From positions 9,155-73,154 of the forward strand of contig JAFWHH010000007.1 of the NCBI GenBank assembly GCA_017512025.1: DNA of 64,000 bases, read 5' to 3'. Origin of the DNA: Clostridia bacterium (GTDB lineage: Bacteria > Bacillota > Clostridia > TANB77 > CAG-508). The position numbers and the translations under genes are program-made. The notes below the pieces were generated by a model that had not been told where the DNA came from, ran no database searches, and was given only the letters and a program-made list of their open reading frames with translations. Positions 7,515 to 18,284 of the stretch are shown in pieces; within the stretch, counting starts at the first letter, position 1, and each line of letters begins with the position of its first letter.

Positions 7515-8888
7515 CTAAAAAACCTCTTTCCTTAACATATCATTTTGTTCATCTGTTAAATTGTTTTCATCATTATATCTTTTAGTAATATCTTCGGTAG
7601 TATCTGCTAATCCAAAATTATCTTTATAATACTTTAATAATAATGGAAGATCTTTACTTTGCTCTTCTAAATTCATAATTGTTTTTGTAGCTGCAAAATT
7701 AACTTCTTCAAATGTTCCAACACAATCAAATGGTTTTACTTCTCCATTTCCTGTTAGCTCTATAAATGTTTTAAGTAATGATTCTTTTTCAAATAAATCT
7801 TCTCCAAATATATTAACTAATTTTTCTTTATATAAAAATGGACTTAATATTGTATAAGCAAATAAACATTTAGCACAATCACAGCACCATTTCCATTCTG
7901 CACCTTTACTTCCAACATTACAGCTCTTAAATACTGGATGGTATTTTTCATGCTTTGAGAATATCTTAGCAATTTGTAATTCATTAAGTGGTCTTAAGAA
8001 GCTGAAATATTTTACTGGAGCTTTTAAATATTTTGAAGCATATTTTCCAAAATCTGCTTCAAATTCAAAGCTCTTTGAATATTGATGATTTATTTTTTCT
8101 CCTACAACATTTGATTCGTTTGCACTATTTTCGTTAGATAATGCAATATATTTTTTAGATAAAAGATATGCTGTAAAATATGATACAAATGCAAGCATTG
8201 CTGAAAATGGTGTATGACCATTTATAAAACCTTCAGCATTTAAATCAATTAATCTCTTATCAATTGTTCTATATATTTCAATTATATGATTTGAATCAAG
8301 TCCCGCTAACTCCGCACATTTTAATGTAACAGGCTTTGGATTTATTATTAATGAATAATCAGATTCTTTATTTATTTTTAAAGTTTCTAATGTAACACAA
8401 GAATCTTTTCCACCACCAATTGGAACAATATATCCATTTGATTCATCAGATATTTCTTCATATTCAAATTCATTTTTATCAAGAGCATTTTCAATTGTTA
8501 CAAATTCTTCCATTGTGGTCTTAATATTATTTGTAAAGAATAGCTCTCCTAAACCATGGAAATAAATTTTCTTCCAGAACTTAATTTGCTCTTCATCAAC
8601 ATATCCACATTTAACAATAATCTTTGGTGGACATGCACACTTCCAGTAGCTGATAAGTTCAATCATACCAATATTAAAGGCCATGTTTTTTGCTTCAGCT
8701 GTATTTATTGATTTAAAACTCATATTCTTTTTCATAATTCTAAGTTTCGGAGTAAAATTTGAGAGTCCAGGAATTTCAAAATTGTACTCTAAATAAATAG
8801 CTTCACTATCTTCTGTTAAAGAAAAGCTATTATAATAAAACTCATTAAATTTATTTCTATACTCATTAAATTGAACAGATTTATCCAT
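7515..8888 (-). CDS. PP-loop ATPase-like protein coupled to murD (candidate UDP-MurNAc-L-Ala-L-Glu epimerase MurL)
   Basis: 457-aa ORF with a PIGGGKDSCVT PP-loop-like motif and a C-terminal Cys cluster WCCDCAKC. Its stop codon is adjacent to the murD start. The function is inferred from context only. Confidence 0.45.
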   Translation of the reverse strand: MDKSVQFNEYRNKFNEFYYNSFSLTEDSEAIYLEYNFEIPGLSNFTPKLRIMKKNMSFKSINTAEAKNMAFNIGMIELISYWKCACPPKIIVKCGYVDEEQIKFWKKIYFHGLGELFFTNNIKTTMEEFVTIENALDKNEFEYEEISDESNGYIVPIGGGKDSCVTLETLKINKESDYSLIINPKPVTLKCAELAGLDSNHIIEIYRTIDKRLIDLNAEGFINGHTPFSAMLAFVSYFTAYLLSKKYIALSNENSANESNVVGEKINHQYSKSFEFEADFGKYASKYLKAPVKYFSFLRPLNELQIAKIFSKHEKYHPVFKSCNVGSKGAEWKWCCDCAKCLFAYTILSPFLYKEKLVNIFGEDLFEKESLLKTFIELTGNGEVKPFDCVGTFEEVNFAATKTIMNLEEQSKDLPLLLKYYKDNFGLADTTEDITKRYNDENNLTDEQNDMLRKEVF

Positions 8889-9037
8889 AAGATATAAATC
8901 TCCCCTCTATTTTTATTATATTCAAGTTACACAAATCTAGTCTCTTCTACACTTTCATACTATTTATAGCATAAACATATAACAAATACAAGTAAGCACT
9001 TAGATATATTATTTGACTCATTTAATATGGATACTGG

Positions 9038-9078
9038 TTCAAAATAAAATACAGCTTGAGAAACCTCAAACTGTATTT
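9038..9078 (-). terminator. Intrinsic terminator after the SNF2 gene
   Basis: aaatacagcttgag-aaac-ctcaaactgtattt stem with one mismatch, followed by a T-rich tract on the minus strand. Confidence 0.6.
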
Positions 9079-9082
9079 ATTA

Positions 9083-12000
9083 TTATTTAAATAAGTCCAT
9101 AATTTCGTCCTTAGACAATCTACTAATGAATGTTTCGTTTGTAGATAACATATTGTCCACAAGCTTTGCTTTTCTTTGTTGTAATTCATATATTTTCTCT
9201 TCAATAGAGTTTTTAGTAATAAGCTTATAAACCTGAACATTACGTTTTTGTCCAATTCTATATGTTCTATCTGTTGCTTGGTTTTCTGCAGAAATATTCC
9301 ACCAAGGATCATAGTGAATAACCATATCTGCACCAATTAAGTTTAGACCTGTACCACCAGCTTTTAATGAAATTAAGAACACCTTAACATCTTCATTTTC
9401 ATTAAATTCATCTACAAGCTTAATTCTGTCTCCAACCTTTGTTTGACCTGTTAGCTTAAAGAACTTAATACCTTCAGCATCAAGTTCTTTCTCAAGAATA
9501 TCAAACATAGATGTATAGCCAGAGAATAACAATATTTTGTGGTTACCCTGTACAGCATCTTTAATAATTTCCATACAAAGATTTAACTTACCGCTTCCAC
9601 TTTCATAATTCTCAACAAATAAACTTGGGTGACAACAAATTTGTCTTAATCTCATAAGTAATGCAAGAATCTTCATTTGATTCTTTTCGAAGTCCTTGCC
9701 AATAAGTTCATTAGCAACTTCTTCTCTAGCTTCTGCCATATAAGATGCATAGATTTTTTGTTGTTCTTCATCCATCTCACTATTAAGAACTGTAACAGTC
9801 TTATCTGGAAGTTCAGTTAGAACCTCTTCTTTAATTCTTCTTAAGATGAATGGTTCAATTAGAGTTTTAAGTTTCTTAATCTTGTAACCATCTTCATCTC
9901 TAATAATTGGTGTTTCAAATATTTCTTTGAATTGCTTATAACTATATAAGTATCCTGGCATTGTAAAATCAAATATTGACCATAGCTCTGCTAGTGAATT
10001 TTCGATAGGTGTACCAGTTAAAGCATATCTTGTTTCTGCTTTTATTTGTTTGATTGCTTTAAAGTTTTGAGTATTATTATTCTTAATATATTGAGCCTCA
10101 TCAGCCACTATATATTTAAATTCATAATCTTTTTCTTTGTACACATCTACATCACGTTTCAATAAATCATATGAAGTAATAACGACATCATAGTCATCAA
10201 CTTTATCGATTATTGCCATACGTTCAGATGCATTTCCAGATATTACACAAACACTTAGGTTTGGAGCAAATTTTTGAAGCTCACTTGCCCAGTTTAATGC
10301 TAAAGAGCTTGGACAAACTACCATGCTAGATTTTCTATTTTCATGTTTATTGTTGTAGTCAAGTAATAGTGTGATAACTTGAAGTGTTTTACCAAGACCC
10401 ATATCATCAGCTAGGATTCCACCAAGTCCGTAGTTATCTAGTGTTTTTAACCATTTGAAACCAACTTCTTGGTATCTTCTCATATCAGCTTTTAGATTCT
10501 TTGGAACTTCAATAACATCATCTTCATTGCTCTTTATTTCATTAATAAAGTCTTTATATTCTTTATTCTTCTTAACATTAATATTTGTATTCTTTAAAAT
10601 CTTGTCTAAATATAATGTTCTGTACACTGGTAATTCAAATTCACCATTTACTAATTGTTCATATTCCAAGTTACCATCAATATTTAACTTATCTAAGAAT
10701 TCTAATGTCTCGTTTGATTCAAGATTAATATAACTTCCATCTGCTAATCTATAGAACTTTTTATGAAGTTTATATCTTTCCATTATTTCTGCTAAATCTG
10801 CAGCTGAAAAATTATAATCACTTAAATCAATTTTTAATAAGTTATTTTCAATCTTAATTCCAATATTTGAAATCTTTGGATGTTTTATTTCTCTCTTCTT
10901 AAATGCCTCAGTAACTAATACTTCAAAATTCTTCATATAATAGAATATTTCTTCAGAGATGAAATTATATATTTTTTCATCATCAGTAAGTATTAATCTA
11001 CCATTTTGTTGATCAAGCATAAATCCTGTTTTAATAAATGTTTCTAATGCATTAGTTTCTTTAACAACATCTCTTGGAATTGTAATTCCTGAGTCATCTA
11101 CTAATGGATTAAACTCAATATCTCTATATCCGAATTTAATATCTGCTGTTATATAATTTGTATCAGTTGCATCTAAGAATACTTTTACATATAAATCTTG
11201 AGGAATATATTTTTCCATTTCCTCCTGTTTTACATTTGTAATTTCAAAATAGTCTTTAACACTTGGTACAACAAGTGAATACAATTTTGGAAGTTCAGAT
11301 TTCTTGAAAATAACTTCTTTAGTAAAGTTATCTTTAAATAAATTTAAAAGTTTTAATACTGTATTTTTATATGATTGTGGACATCTATAAATAACATCAT
11401 CAATCATCATATATAAATATTTCTTTCCAGTTAAAACTTCATAACTATATATATCTACATTTGGATATAGCTTATAATTTTCTTCATCAGCCTCTTCCAA
11501 AGTAAATTTAATTTCTGGCTCTTCATCTAAGAATAATATCTTATCATTAATATAATCTTTTTTGAATTTTATATAGTTTCCTTCAAGTACATCAAATAAT
11601 TCATCAAGACATGTATTTGATATTGTTATTTCACCTTCGTTCATAACTTTACCTAAATATCTTTGTTGTCCTAATGACTCATTTGTATATTTCATTATTT
11701 CAGCATATGTTAAGATAAAATCTAACATTTTATGATCTTCTGGTTTAACCATATCTCTTGTATGTTTGAACTCTATCTTTGGTCCATATTTATGAACGCC
11801 ACCATCCATGAAGTTATCATAGAACTCAATTAAATTTTTTAATTTAAAATGTGATTTTCCATCATTAATTTTAAATTCAGCACTCATCTCTTTGTCAGCT
11901 GAATTGTAAACAACCTTAGCCTTTATTCCGATTAAGCATGTTGTTCCTTTTTTACTGCTCTTTTGCTTTTCTTCTTTTTCTCTTAAATCTTCATAAAATG

Positions 12001-12403
12001 TACTAATGATTTGATTAAATGTCTTGTATTGATTTGCTTTGTTATATAATCTATTATCATTTTCATTATCTTTATTATTTAACCCGAATATATTAGTATA
12101 TTCTTTACTATTGTTAAACTTTTCTATACTAACTATTGCGTGTGGGCATAATTCTTTGCTATTGTCACAATTTTCGCATGTACAAGTTGCTTTTGCTATT
12201 TTGTCCTTTTGGACTTTGACGTATATATCATAAGTTTCATTGAAATCTTTTACTTTTGAATTGATTTCAAAATTGCTACCATCATCATATGTAGCTTTTA
12301 TTATTTTTATCATGTCATCATTTATTAATTCTTTTATTTTTTTAATTTTTTCTTCGTCAGCATTATGATATGTCTCTTCGATTATTTTCTTACTAACTAA
12401 CAT
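9083..12403 (-). CDS. SNF2-family helicase with N-terminal SWIM zinc finger
   Basis: SWIM CTCENCDNSKELCPH. Helicase motifs LADDMGLGKT, DEAQYIKN, LTGTPIEN and a C-terminal HELICc (QATDRTYRIGQ). Start at ATG 12403 after AAAGGAG. Confidence 0.9.
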   Translation of the reverse strand: MLVSKKIIEETYHNADEEKIKKIKELINDDMIKIIKATYDDGSNFEINSKVKDFNETYDIYVKVQKDKIAKATCTCENCDNSKELCPHAIVSIEKFNNSKEYTNIFGLNNKDNENDNRLYNKANQYKTFNQIISTFYEDLREKEEKQKSSKKGTTCLIGIKAKVVYNSADKEMSAEFKINDGKSHFKLKNLIEFYDNFMDGGVHKYGPKIEFKHTRDMVKPEDHKMLDFILTYAEIMKYTNESLGQQRYLGKVMNEGEITISNTCLDELFDVLEGNYIKFKKDYINDKILFLDEEPEIKFTLEEADEENYKLYPNVDIYSYEVLTGKKYLYMMIDDVIYRCPQSYKNTVLKLLNLFKDNFTKEVIFKKSELPKLYSLVVPSVKDYFEITNVKQEEMEKYIPQDLYVKVFLDATDTNYITADIKFGYRDIEFNPLVDDSGITIPRDVVKETNALETFIKTGFMLDQQNGRLILTDDEKIYNFISEEIFYYMKNFEVLVTEAFKKREIKHPKISNIGIKIENNLLKIDLSDYNFSAADLAEIMERYKLHKKFYRLADGSYINLESNETLEFLDKLNIDGNLEYEQLVNGEFELPVYRTLYLDKILKNTNINVKKNKEYKDFINEIKSNEDDVIEVPKNLKADMRRYQEVGFKWLKTLDNYGLGGILADDMGLGKTLQVITLLLDYNNKHENRKSSMVVCPSSLALNWASELQKFAPNLSVCVISGNASERMAIIDKVDDYDVVITSYDLLKRDVDVYKEKDYEFKYIVADEAQYIKNNNTQNFKAIKQIKAETRYALTGTPIENSLAELWSIFDFTMPGYLYSYKQFKEIFETPIIRDEDGYKIKKLKTLIEPFILRRIKEEVLTELPDKTVTVLNSEMDEEQQKIYASYMAEAREEVANELIGKDFEKNQMKILALLMRLRQICCHPSLFVENYESGSGKLNLCMEIIKDAVQGNHKILLFSGYTSMFDILEKELDAEGIKFFKLTGQTKVGDRIKLVDEFNENEDVKVFLISLKAGGTGLNLIGADMVIHYDPWWNISAENQATDRTYRIGQKRNVQVYKLITKNSIEEKIYELQQRKAKLVDNMLSTNETFISRLSKDEIMDLFK

Positions 12404-12581
12404 GATATACACTCCTTTCACAAGATTACATACAATTCGAAATTATAGCATAACTTGCAATATTCATCAAGCCTTTTCTACTCACTTAAACGCAAATTTA
12501 CGCAATCTCTCATTATATTGGAAAAAATAAGAAGTATAATGCAAAATTTACACCATAACTTCTCATTTTTTATAATTAAGA

Positions 12582-14021
12582 CTACTTGTTTAATTCGTCT
12601 AAGAACATCTTATTAAGCATTTGTGGGTTTGCTTGTCCTCTTGTTGCTTTCATAGCTTGTCCAACTAAAAATCCTAAAGCTTTATCTTTTCCAGCTTTGA
12701 AATCAGCAACTGATTGTGGGTTTGCTTCAAGAACTTGCATTACAACATCTTTAATAGCACCTTCATCAGAAATTTGAATCCATCCCTTAGCTTTAGTAAT
12801 CTCTTCTGGATCAGCTGGATTTTCAAATAGTTCTACTAGCACTTTTTTAGCAATCGCACTGCTGATTGTTCCATTCTCGATTAACTTAATCATCTTACCT
12901 AATTGCTCTGCAGTAAATGGAATTTGATCTGGTTCCATTTCTTTTTCATTTAATATCTTTGATACGTCAGATAAAATCCAGTTAGCTGATAATTTAGCGC
13001 TTCCTGATACTTCCTTTGTACCTTCGAATAAATCAGATAAATGTTTTGAAGATGTAATTAGGTTAGCATCTTTTTCTGTTAAACCATATTCAGAAATATA
13101 TCTTTCTTTTCTGCTTTCTGGTAATTCAGGTAGATGATCCTTAATATCTTGAATATATTCATCAGATAGACGAATTGCAACTAAGTCTGGGTCTGGGAAA
13201 TATCTATAATCTTCAGCATCTTCCTTACTTCTCATTGGGAAAGTTCTTCCAGATACATCATCCCATCTTAAAGACTCTTGTTCAATTGTTCCACCTTCCT
13301 CAATTACATCAATTTGTCTATTTGATTCATACTCAATAGCTCTTACAATTGATCTAAATGAGTTCATGTTTTTCATTTCTGTACGTGTACCAAATGGTTC
13401 ACCTTTTTTATGTACAGAAACGTTAACATCTGCACGAAGTGATCCTTCTTGCATTTTACAATCTGATACTTCAATATATTCAAAAATTGATTTTAATTTT
13501 CTTAAATATCTTTCTGCTTCACCAGCTGAACGTAAATCTGGTTCAGAAACTGATTCGATAAGTGGAACTCCAGCTCTGTTTAAGTCAACTAAGCTTCCTC
13601 CACCATACTCATCATGATTTAATTTACCAGCATCTTCTTCAATATGAATACGGAGTAATCTTACCTTCTTTAGATTTCCCTCGTCATCTTCTATTTCAAC
13701 ATATCCATGTTCACAAAGTGGTCTATCATATTGAGATATTTGATATGCCTTTGGTAAATCTGGGTAGAAATAATTCTTTCTATCATTTTTACTGTTTCTT
13801 GATATTTCACAATTTGTTGCTAAACCTGCTTTAACAGCATACTCAACAACTCTTTCATTTAATACAGGAAGAGTTCCTGGCATAGCCATACAAATTGGAC
13901 AACAATGTGTATTTGGTGCGCCACCAAAATCTGTAGGACAACTACAGAATATTTTTGTTTTTGTAGAAAGTTCTGCATGGACTTCAAGTCCAATTACAAC
14001 TTCATAATCGCTTCTTGCCAT
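12582..14021 (-). CDS. gatB: Asp/Glu-tRNA amidotransferase subunit B
   Basis: Full-length GatB similarity (YEVVIGLEVHAEL..., C-terminal GatB/YqeY domain). Confidence 0.95.
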   Translation of the reverse strand: MARSDYEVVIGLEVHAELSTKTKIFCSCPTDFGGAPNTHCCPICMAMPGTLPVLNERVVEYAVKAGLATNCEISRNSKNDRKNYFYPDLPKAYQISQYDRPLCEHGYVEIEDDEGNLKKVRLLRIHIEEDAGKLNHDEYGGGSLVDLNRAGVPLIESVSEPDLRSAGEAERYLRKLKSIFEYIEVSDCKMQEGSLRADVNVSVHKKGEPFGTRTEMKNMNSFRSIVRAIEYESNRQIDVIEEGGTIEQESLRWDDVSGRTFPMRSKEDAEDYRYFPDPDLVAIRLSDEYIQDIKDHLPELPESRKERYISEYGLTEKDANLITSSKHLSDLFEGTKEVSGSAKLSANWILSDVSKILNEKEMEPDQIPFTAEQLGKMIKLIENGTISSAIAKKVLVELFENPADPEEITKAKGWIQISDEGAIKDVVMQVLEANPQSVADFKAGKDKALGFLVGQAMKATRGQANPQMLNKMFLDELNK

Positions 14022-14038
14022 CTATATTCTCCTCCCTA

Positions 14039-15505
14039 TTATTTCTTAAATTCTGGTTTGTAATTTGCTCTAAAGTTTGTTGCTTGCTCATAAGTATATG
14101 CCGCATTTAATATTGTTTCTTCTTGGAATTTATTTCCAATTAATTGCATACCAACTGGCATACCTTTTCCATCAACACCACATGGTATTGAAATTCCTGG
14201 AAGACCAGCAACGTTAACAGATACTGTACAAATATCTGCTAAGTACATCTCAAGTGGACTTGATTTTGAATTAAATTCAAAAGCAGTCGTTGGAGATGTT
14301 GGTGTTAAGATAACATCATGGTTTTTAAATACCTCATTAAATTGATTGCTAATTAATGTACGAACTTTTTGAGCTTTTTTGTAATAAGCATCATAATATC
14401 CTGAACTTAATACATATGTTCCAAGAATAATTCTTCTCTTAACCTCAGGACCGAATCCTTCACTTCTTGAATTAAAGTATATATCTCTTAATCTCTCACC
14501 TTTTTCAGCTCTATGTCCATATCTAATTCCATCAAATCTTCCAAGGTTTGAACTTGCTTCAGCACAAGCAATTATATAATATGTAGCTAAAGCAAACTCG
14601 GCAACGTCTAATGATACTTCATCAACAATAGCTCCAAGCTCTTTGTATTTAGCAATAGCTTCTTCAAGCTTAGCTTTAACTTCTTCATTTATACCTTCAC
14701 CAAAGAATTCTTTTGGTACAGCAATTCTTAGTCCTTTAACATCATTTTTTAATGCTGCTGTATAATCAACTTTTGGTCTCTCAATAGATGTTGTATCTCT
14801 TTCATCACGACCAGCTAATATATTTAATAATGTAGCACAATCTCTAACATCTTTTGTGATTGGACCAATTTGATCAAGTGAAGAAGCATAAGCAACTAAT
14901 CCATATCTTGATACTAATCCATAAGTTGGTTTTAATCCAACAACACCACAAAAAGATGATGGCTGACGAATAGATCCACCTGTATCACTTCCAAGAGCCC
15001 ATGGTACCATGTTAGCTGCTACTGCTGCTGCAGATCCACCTGATGATCCACCAGGTACTGTATTTAAATTCCATGGATTCTTTGTAGTTTTAATTGCAGA
15101 ATTTTCTGTTGAACTTCCCATAGCGAATTCATCCATGTTAAGTTTTCCTAAACTAATCATTCCTTCTGCATTTAATTTTTCAACTATTGTTGCATCATAT
15201 GGCGCAACAAAATTCTCTAGCATTTTAGATCCACATGTCGTAAGTACACCTTTTGTACACATGTTATCTTTGATTCCGATTGGAATACCTGCTAGTTTTG
15301 ATTTTAATTCACCTTTATCTATTTTAGCTTCAATTTCTTTTGCTTTCTCTACAGCTTCATCTGCTTGAACTGTTACGAAAGCATCAACATCTGATTCTTT
15401 TTCTTTAATTCTATCAGCATATGCTTTAGCTATTTCAGAAACAGTAATTTCTTTTGCTGCTAATTTATCTTGAAGCTCATGAACGGTAAGCTCTGTAATA
15501 TCCAT
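14039..15505 (-). CDS. gatA: Glu-tRNA(Gln) amidotransferase subunit A
   Basis: Amidase signature [12 protein letters not shown] and [11 protein letters not shown]. Confidence 0.95.
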   Translation of the reverse strand: MDITELTVHELQDKLAAKEITVSEIAKAYADRIKEKESDVDAFVTVQADEAVEKAKEIEAKIDKGELKSKLAGIPIGIKDNMCTKGVLTTCGSKMLENFVAPYDATIVEKLNAEGMISLGKLNMDEFAMGSSTENSAIKTTKNPWNLNTVPGGSSGGSAAAVAANMVPWALGSDTGGSIRQPSSFCGVVGLKPTYGLVSRYGLVAYASSLDQIGPITKDVRDCATLLNILAGRDERDTTSIERPKVDYTAALKNDVKGLRIAVPKEFFGEGINEEVKAKLEEAIAKYKELGAIVDEVSLDVAEFALATYYIIACAEASSNLGRFDGIRYGHRAEKGERLRDIYFNSRSEGFGPEVKRRIILGTYVLSSGYYDAYYKKAQKVRTLISNQFNEVFKNHDVILTPTSPTTAFEFNSKSSPLEMYLADICTVSVNVAGLPGISIPCGVDGKGMPVGMQLIGNKFQEETILNAAYTYEQATNFRANYKPEFKK

Positions 15506-15528
15506 TATATTTCCTCCCTTTTTAACAC

Positions 15529-15816
15529 CTATTGAATAACCTTAGGAATCTTAAACATTCCTCTTTCTTGCTCTGGTGCATTTTGTAGTAGTGCCTCTGT
15601 ATCCTCAAATGCAACTACTTCATCTTTTCTAAATACATTATAATTATCATTTGCACCGATTGTCTCATCTAGTCCATCTGTAGATGCACTATTAACTTTT
15701 TCTGCAAATGTTAAAATTTCTTGTAAATTTTCTAGATAATTATCAACTTCCTCGTCCTTTAAATTTAAACGTGCTAAATTTGCTATATGCAAAAGTTGCT
15801 CTTTACTAACTTGCAT
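15529..15816 (-). CDS. gatC: Asp/Glu-tRNA amidotransferase subunit C
   Basis: [19 protein letters not shown]... is typical GatC. Start at ATG 15816 after GAGGAGATGATACA; the track's longer start is unlikely. Confidence 0.9.
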   Translation of the reverse strand: MQVSKEQLLHIANLARLNLKDEEVDNYLENLQEILTFAEKVNSASTDGLDETIGANDNYNVFRKDEVVAFEDTEALLQNAPEQERGMFKIPKVIQ

Positions 15817-15995
15817 TGTATCATCTCCTCTAATATCAATTTGACCTCTATTATATAGCAATTGCATAAAAAAAACAAGCCTTTATTTGTTGATATTTCA
15901 ATAAAAATTTAGATTTTTTATAAAAGCTATTTTATTTATTTTTTTCATATGATAAAATGATTTTAGGAAATAAAATTAATGGAGGGATGCAAGCT

Positions 15996-16235
15996 ATGAA
16001 TTTTAATAAATGTGCACGATGCGGATGTTTTTTTATATCAGATGGAGATGTATGTCCTTCATGTACACCAAAAGATAAATGTGATCTTTCAAAATTAAAT
16101 ACATTTTTAACTGACAATACAGATCAAGTACTTACTGTAACTCAGTTATCATCAGCAACCGGAATTGCTAAGAAGAACATTTCAAGATATGTAACTCAAA
16201 AAGGATTTGAATATAAAAAACAAATAAAACTATAA
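15996..16235 (+). CDS. Small zinc-ribbon protein with HTH-like C-terminal half
   Basis: MNFNKCARCGCFF...CPSC (CxxC...CxxC). RBS GGAGGG upstream and a terminator downstream. Architecture is reminiscent of YvyF-type proteins (low confidence). Confidence 0.5.
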   Translation: MNFNKCARCGCFFISDGDVCPSCTPKDKCDLSKLNTFLTDNTDQVLTVTQLSSATGIAKKNISRYVTQKGFEYKKQIKL

Positions 16236-16259
16236 AAAAGAGCCAAACGGCTCTTTTTT
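16236..16259. terminator. Bidirectional terminator
   Basis: aaaaaGAGCC-aaac-GGCTCttttt lies between convergent genes. Confidence 0.7.
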
Positions 16260-16569
16260 ATTTAACTATTTTCAATACACTCGCGGTTTCATTTAATGAT
16301 TCTTTTAATTGTGGTAATGCATCAATTAAGACATATATTCCATATATAATCCCAACAACTGCAATTATTATTCCCAAAATACTATATACTTTATAAATTA
16401 CTTTTTTCCCTTTTGATTGTATTAAACCAATAATTGAAAAAACTAATCCAATTCCACCTGTTAATCCCATAAATGGAATTAAGATAGACACCATAGCTAC
16501 TATTAATCCGGCTACAGCCAATCCATTTGAGTTATTTACTTGTTCATTTTGATTATTATTTTGATCCAT
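16258..16569 (-). CDS. Small membrane protein (two TM helices)
   Basis: An Asn/Gln-rich N-terminus is followed by two hydrophobic helices (DUF4190-like pattern). Confidence 0.55.
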   Translation of the reverse strand: MDQNNNQNEQVNNSNGLAVAGLIVAMVSILIPFMGLTGGIGLVFSIIGLIQSKGKKVIYKVYSILGIIIAVVGIIYGIYVLIDALPQLKESLNETASVLKIVK

Positions 16570-16637
16570 AAAAACCCCCTATACTTGTTAACTATAGCAT
16601 ACCTCTAATAAATTTTCTATAAATATTAAAATTTTTC

Positions 16638-16666
16638 TTGACTCGACCTTATATCTATAATATAAT
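16638..16666 (+). promoter_or_regulatory. Sigma-A promoter of tRNA-Ser (TTGACT-17nt-TATAAT)
   Basis: TTGACT at 16638-16643 and TATAAT at 16661-16666, 17-nt spacer, about 18 nt upstream of the tRNA 5' end. Confidence 0.7.
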
Positions 16667-16683
16667 ACAAAAAGTTTCAACAC

Positions 16684-16774
16684 GGAGGATTACCCAAGTG
16701 GTTGAAGGGGACAGTTTGCTAAACTGTTAGGGTTCGTAAGGGCCGCGAGGGTTCAAATCCCTCATCTTCCGCCA
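16684..16774 (+). tRNA. tRNA-Ser (anticodon GCU), CCA encoded
   Basis: Acceptor GGAGGAT/ATCTTCC. Anticodon arm ACAGT-TTGCTAA-ACTGT. Long variable arm. T-arm GAGGGTTCAAATCCCTC. Ends in GCCA. Confidence 0.9.
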
Positions 16775-16808
16775 AAAAAAGATATAACGTTTTCGTTATA
16801 TCTTTTTT
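16775..16808 (+). terminator. Intrinsic terminator after tRNA-Ser
   Basis: gatataacg-tttt-cgttatatc followed by tttttt. Confidence 0.8.
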
Positions 16809-16813
16809 CATTT

Positions 16814-18184
16814 TTATTCATCCCAAATTGATTTTAAACCAGGCGTAACTTCTCTAAATGGTCCAGCATTCAGTAATTTGCTTTTTTTATACCAATCTTT
16901 TGCCGAAAGTGTTTTCTCATAAATAACCACGTTCTCACCAATTACATTTCCAGTTGACTTTTCAATTAGATATGGTGCAACTATCTTTATGGTTAAATTC
17001 TCTCCATTTGTGAATTCATATCTATGTGTTGTATCTTTTTCATTATTAAAGTATAATGCATATCCTTCACTATATGCAGCAGATGGTTCTCCACTATTTG
17101 GATTTTTTTTGTATGATACATATTTGAAATCTGAATAATTTGCTGCACCTCCTGATACAACACATGCATCATCGTCATACGGAAAAATTGTTCCTTCATC
17201 TATATGAAAATACATCTTCCAGTTTGTATAATCCTCACTACTTGGTTCACTATCATTGCTATCTTCATTCGATGAACCTCCATTTTCATATATTACTGGT
17301 GCATTCTCTATATATGAGTCACCTTCATTCTTTGTTGTATTATTCTGATCAATGTTCTCAATTACTCGTACAGATTTTAACCAATTTTCAATTTCTTCCT
17401 CAGGATTCTTGTTTACATCATGTGCTATAAAAAGTATCTCAAAGCCTTTGTCTCCATTGTATAACATGCACACCTTTAATACATCCCCTAGTGGTATGTA
17501 TGCACATTTTCTACCATTAATTGTAGTATTTTTCATTTGCACATTATTATCATTCATATATTTTTCCCAATAGTCAAAATACTTTTCTGCTCTACCTTTG
17601 TCATAATTGTTATCCAAAAAATTTTGAAAAATATTTATTGCAAAATTTGTTTCAAGTTTTTCAAAATCATCCAAAGTCATATTTCTGCTATCGAGTACGC
17701 GTGATGTCATTTCGGTTGATGACGTAATATAGTCATATCCAATTAGCTTATTATTTTCCACATTATAGTAAAAAATCTCTTCAAAACCTTTAGTTCTGCC
17801 AGTACCATATGAACCAACCCAAAATTCTAATGAATATGCCTTAATTTTTTCATTTGATGTATCATACTGTTTAACTCTAATATCATCACTTATCTTCTGA
17901 TCTTCTTTCCAATACTCAACTATGCCATTGGAATACTCGCCTATAAATTCTTTACCAGTTGGAGATACTGTACTATCCTGGGTAATATAGATAGCTTCAT
18001 CATTTTGTCTTGCGTCTCTACTTTTAACAAATACTATTCCTAAAATTAAACTAATAGTAAGAACAGCTATCATTACTATAATCAGTATTTTAGCATATTT
18101 TGATATTCGTGAAATTCGAGTTCCGCATTCAACACAATACCTTTCATTTTTTTCAACTTTTCTTCCGCATTTTTTACAATACAT
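16814..18184 (-). CDS. Membrane-anchored protein with N-terminal zinc ribbon and a large extracytoplasmic domain
   Basis: MYCKKCGRKVEKNERYCVECG zinc ribbon, TM ILIIVMIAVLTISLILGIVFV, then about 400 aa of unrecognised domain. Confidence 0.65.
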   Translation of the reverse strand: MYCKKCGRKVEKNERYCVECGTRISRISKYAKILIIVMIAVLTISLILGIVFVKSRDARQNDEAIYITQDSTVSPTGKEFIGEYSNGIVEYWKEDQKISDDIRVKQYDTSNEKIKAYSLEFWVGSYGTGRTKGFEEIFYYNVENNKLIGYDYITSSTEMTSRVLDSRNMTLDDFEKLETNFAINIFQNFLDNNYDKGRAEKYFDYWEKYMNDNNVQMKNTTINGRKCAYIPLGDVLKVCMLYNGDKGFEILFIAHDVNKNPEEEIENWLKSVRVIENIDQNNTTKNEGDSYIENAPVIYENGGSSNEDSNDSEPSSEDYTNWKMYFHIDEGTIFPYDDDACVVSGGAANYSDFKYVSYKKNPNSGEPSAAYSEGYALYFNNEKDTTHRYEFTNGENLTIKIVAPYLIEKSTGNVIGENVVIYEKTLSAKDWYKKSKLLNAGPFREVTPGLKSIWDE

Positions 18185-18255
18185 TACATTTCCTCTTTTT
18201 CTTATTATCTCTCATTTATTTATAGTTTAGCATAGTAAAATTTTAATTACAAGTA

Positions 18256-18283
18256 AATAAAAAGACAGGCTCTAGGCCTGTCT
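18256..18283 (-). terminator. Intrinsic terminator after the HAD-like gene
   Basis: agacaggc-tctag-gcctgtct with a T-run on the minus strand. Confidence 0.7.
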
Positions 18284-18284
18284 T

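Noticed and set aside
9022-9336. 104-aa minus-strand ORF overlapping the 3' end of the SNF2 helicase gene in another frame
   Set aside because: It is nested in the conserved helicase C-terminal domain coding region and runs through the SNF2 terminator. It has no RBS and no recognisable family.
17140-17430. His-rich 96-aa plus-strand ORF
   Set aside because: It lies antisense to the 456-aa zinc-ribbon membrane protein gene. The His richness comes from reading ATG/GTG-rich antisense codons, and there is no RBS.
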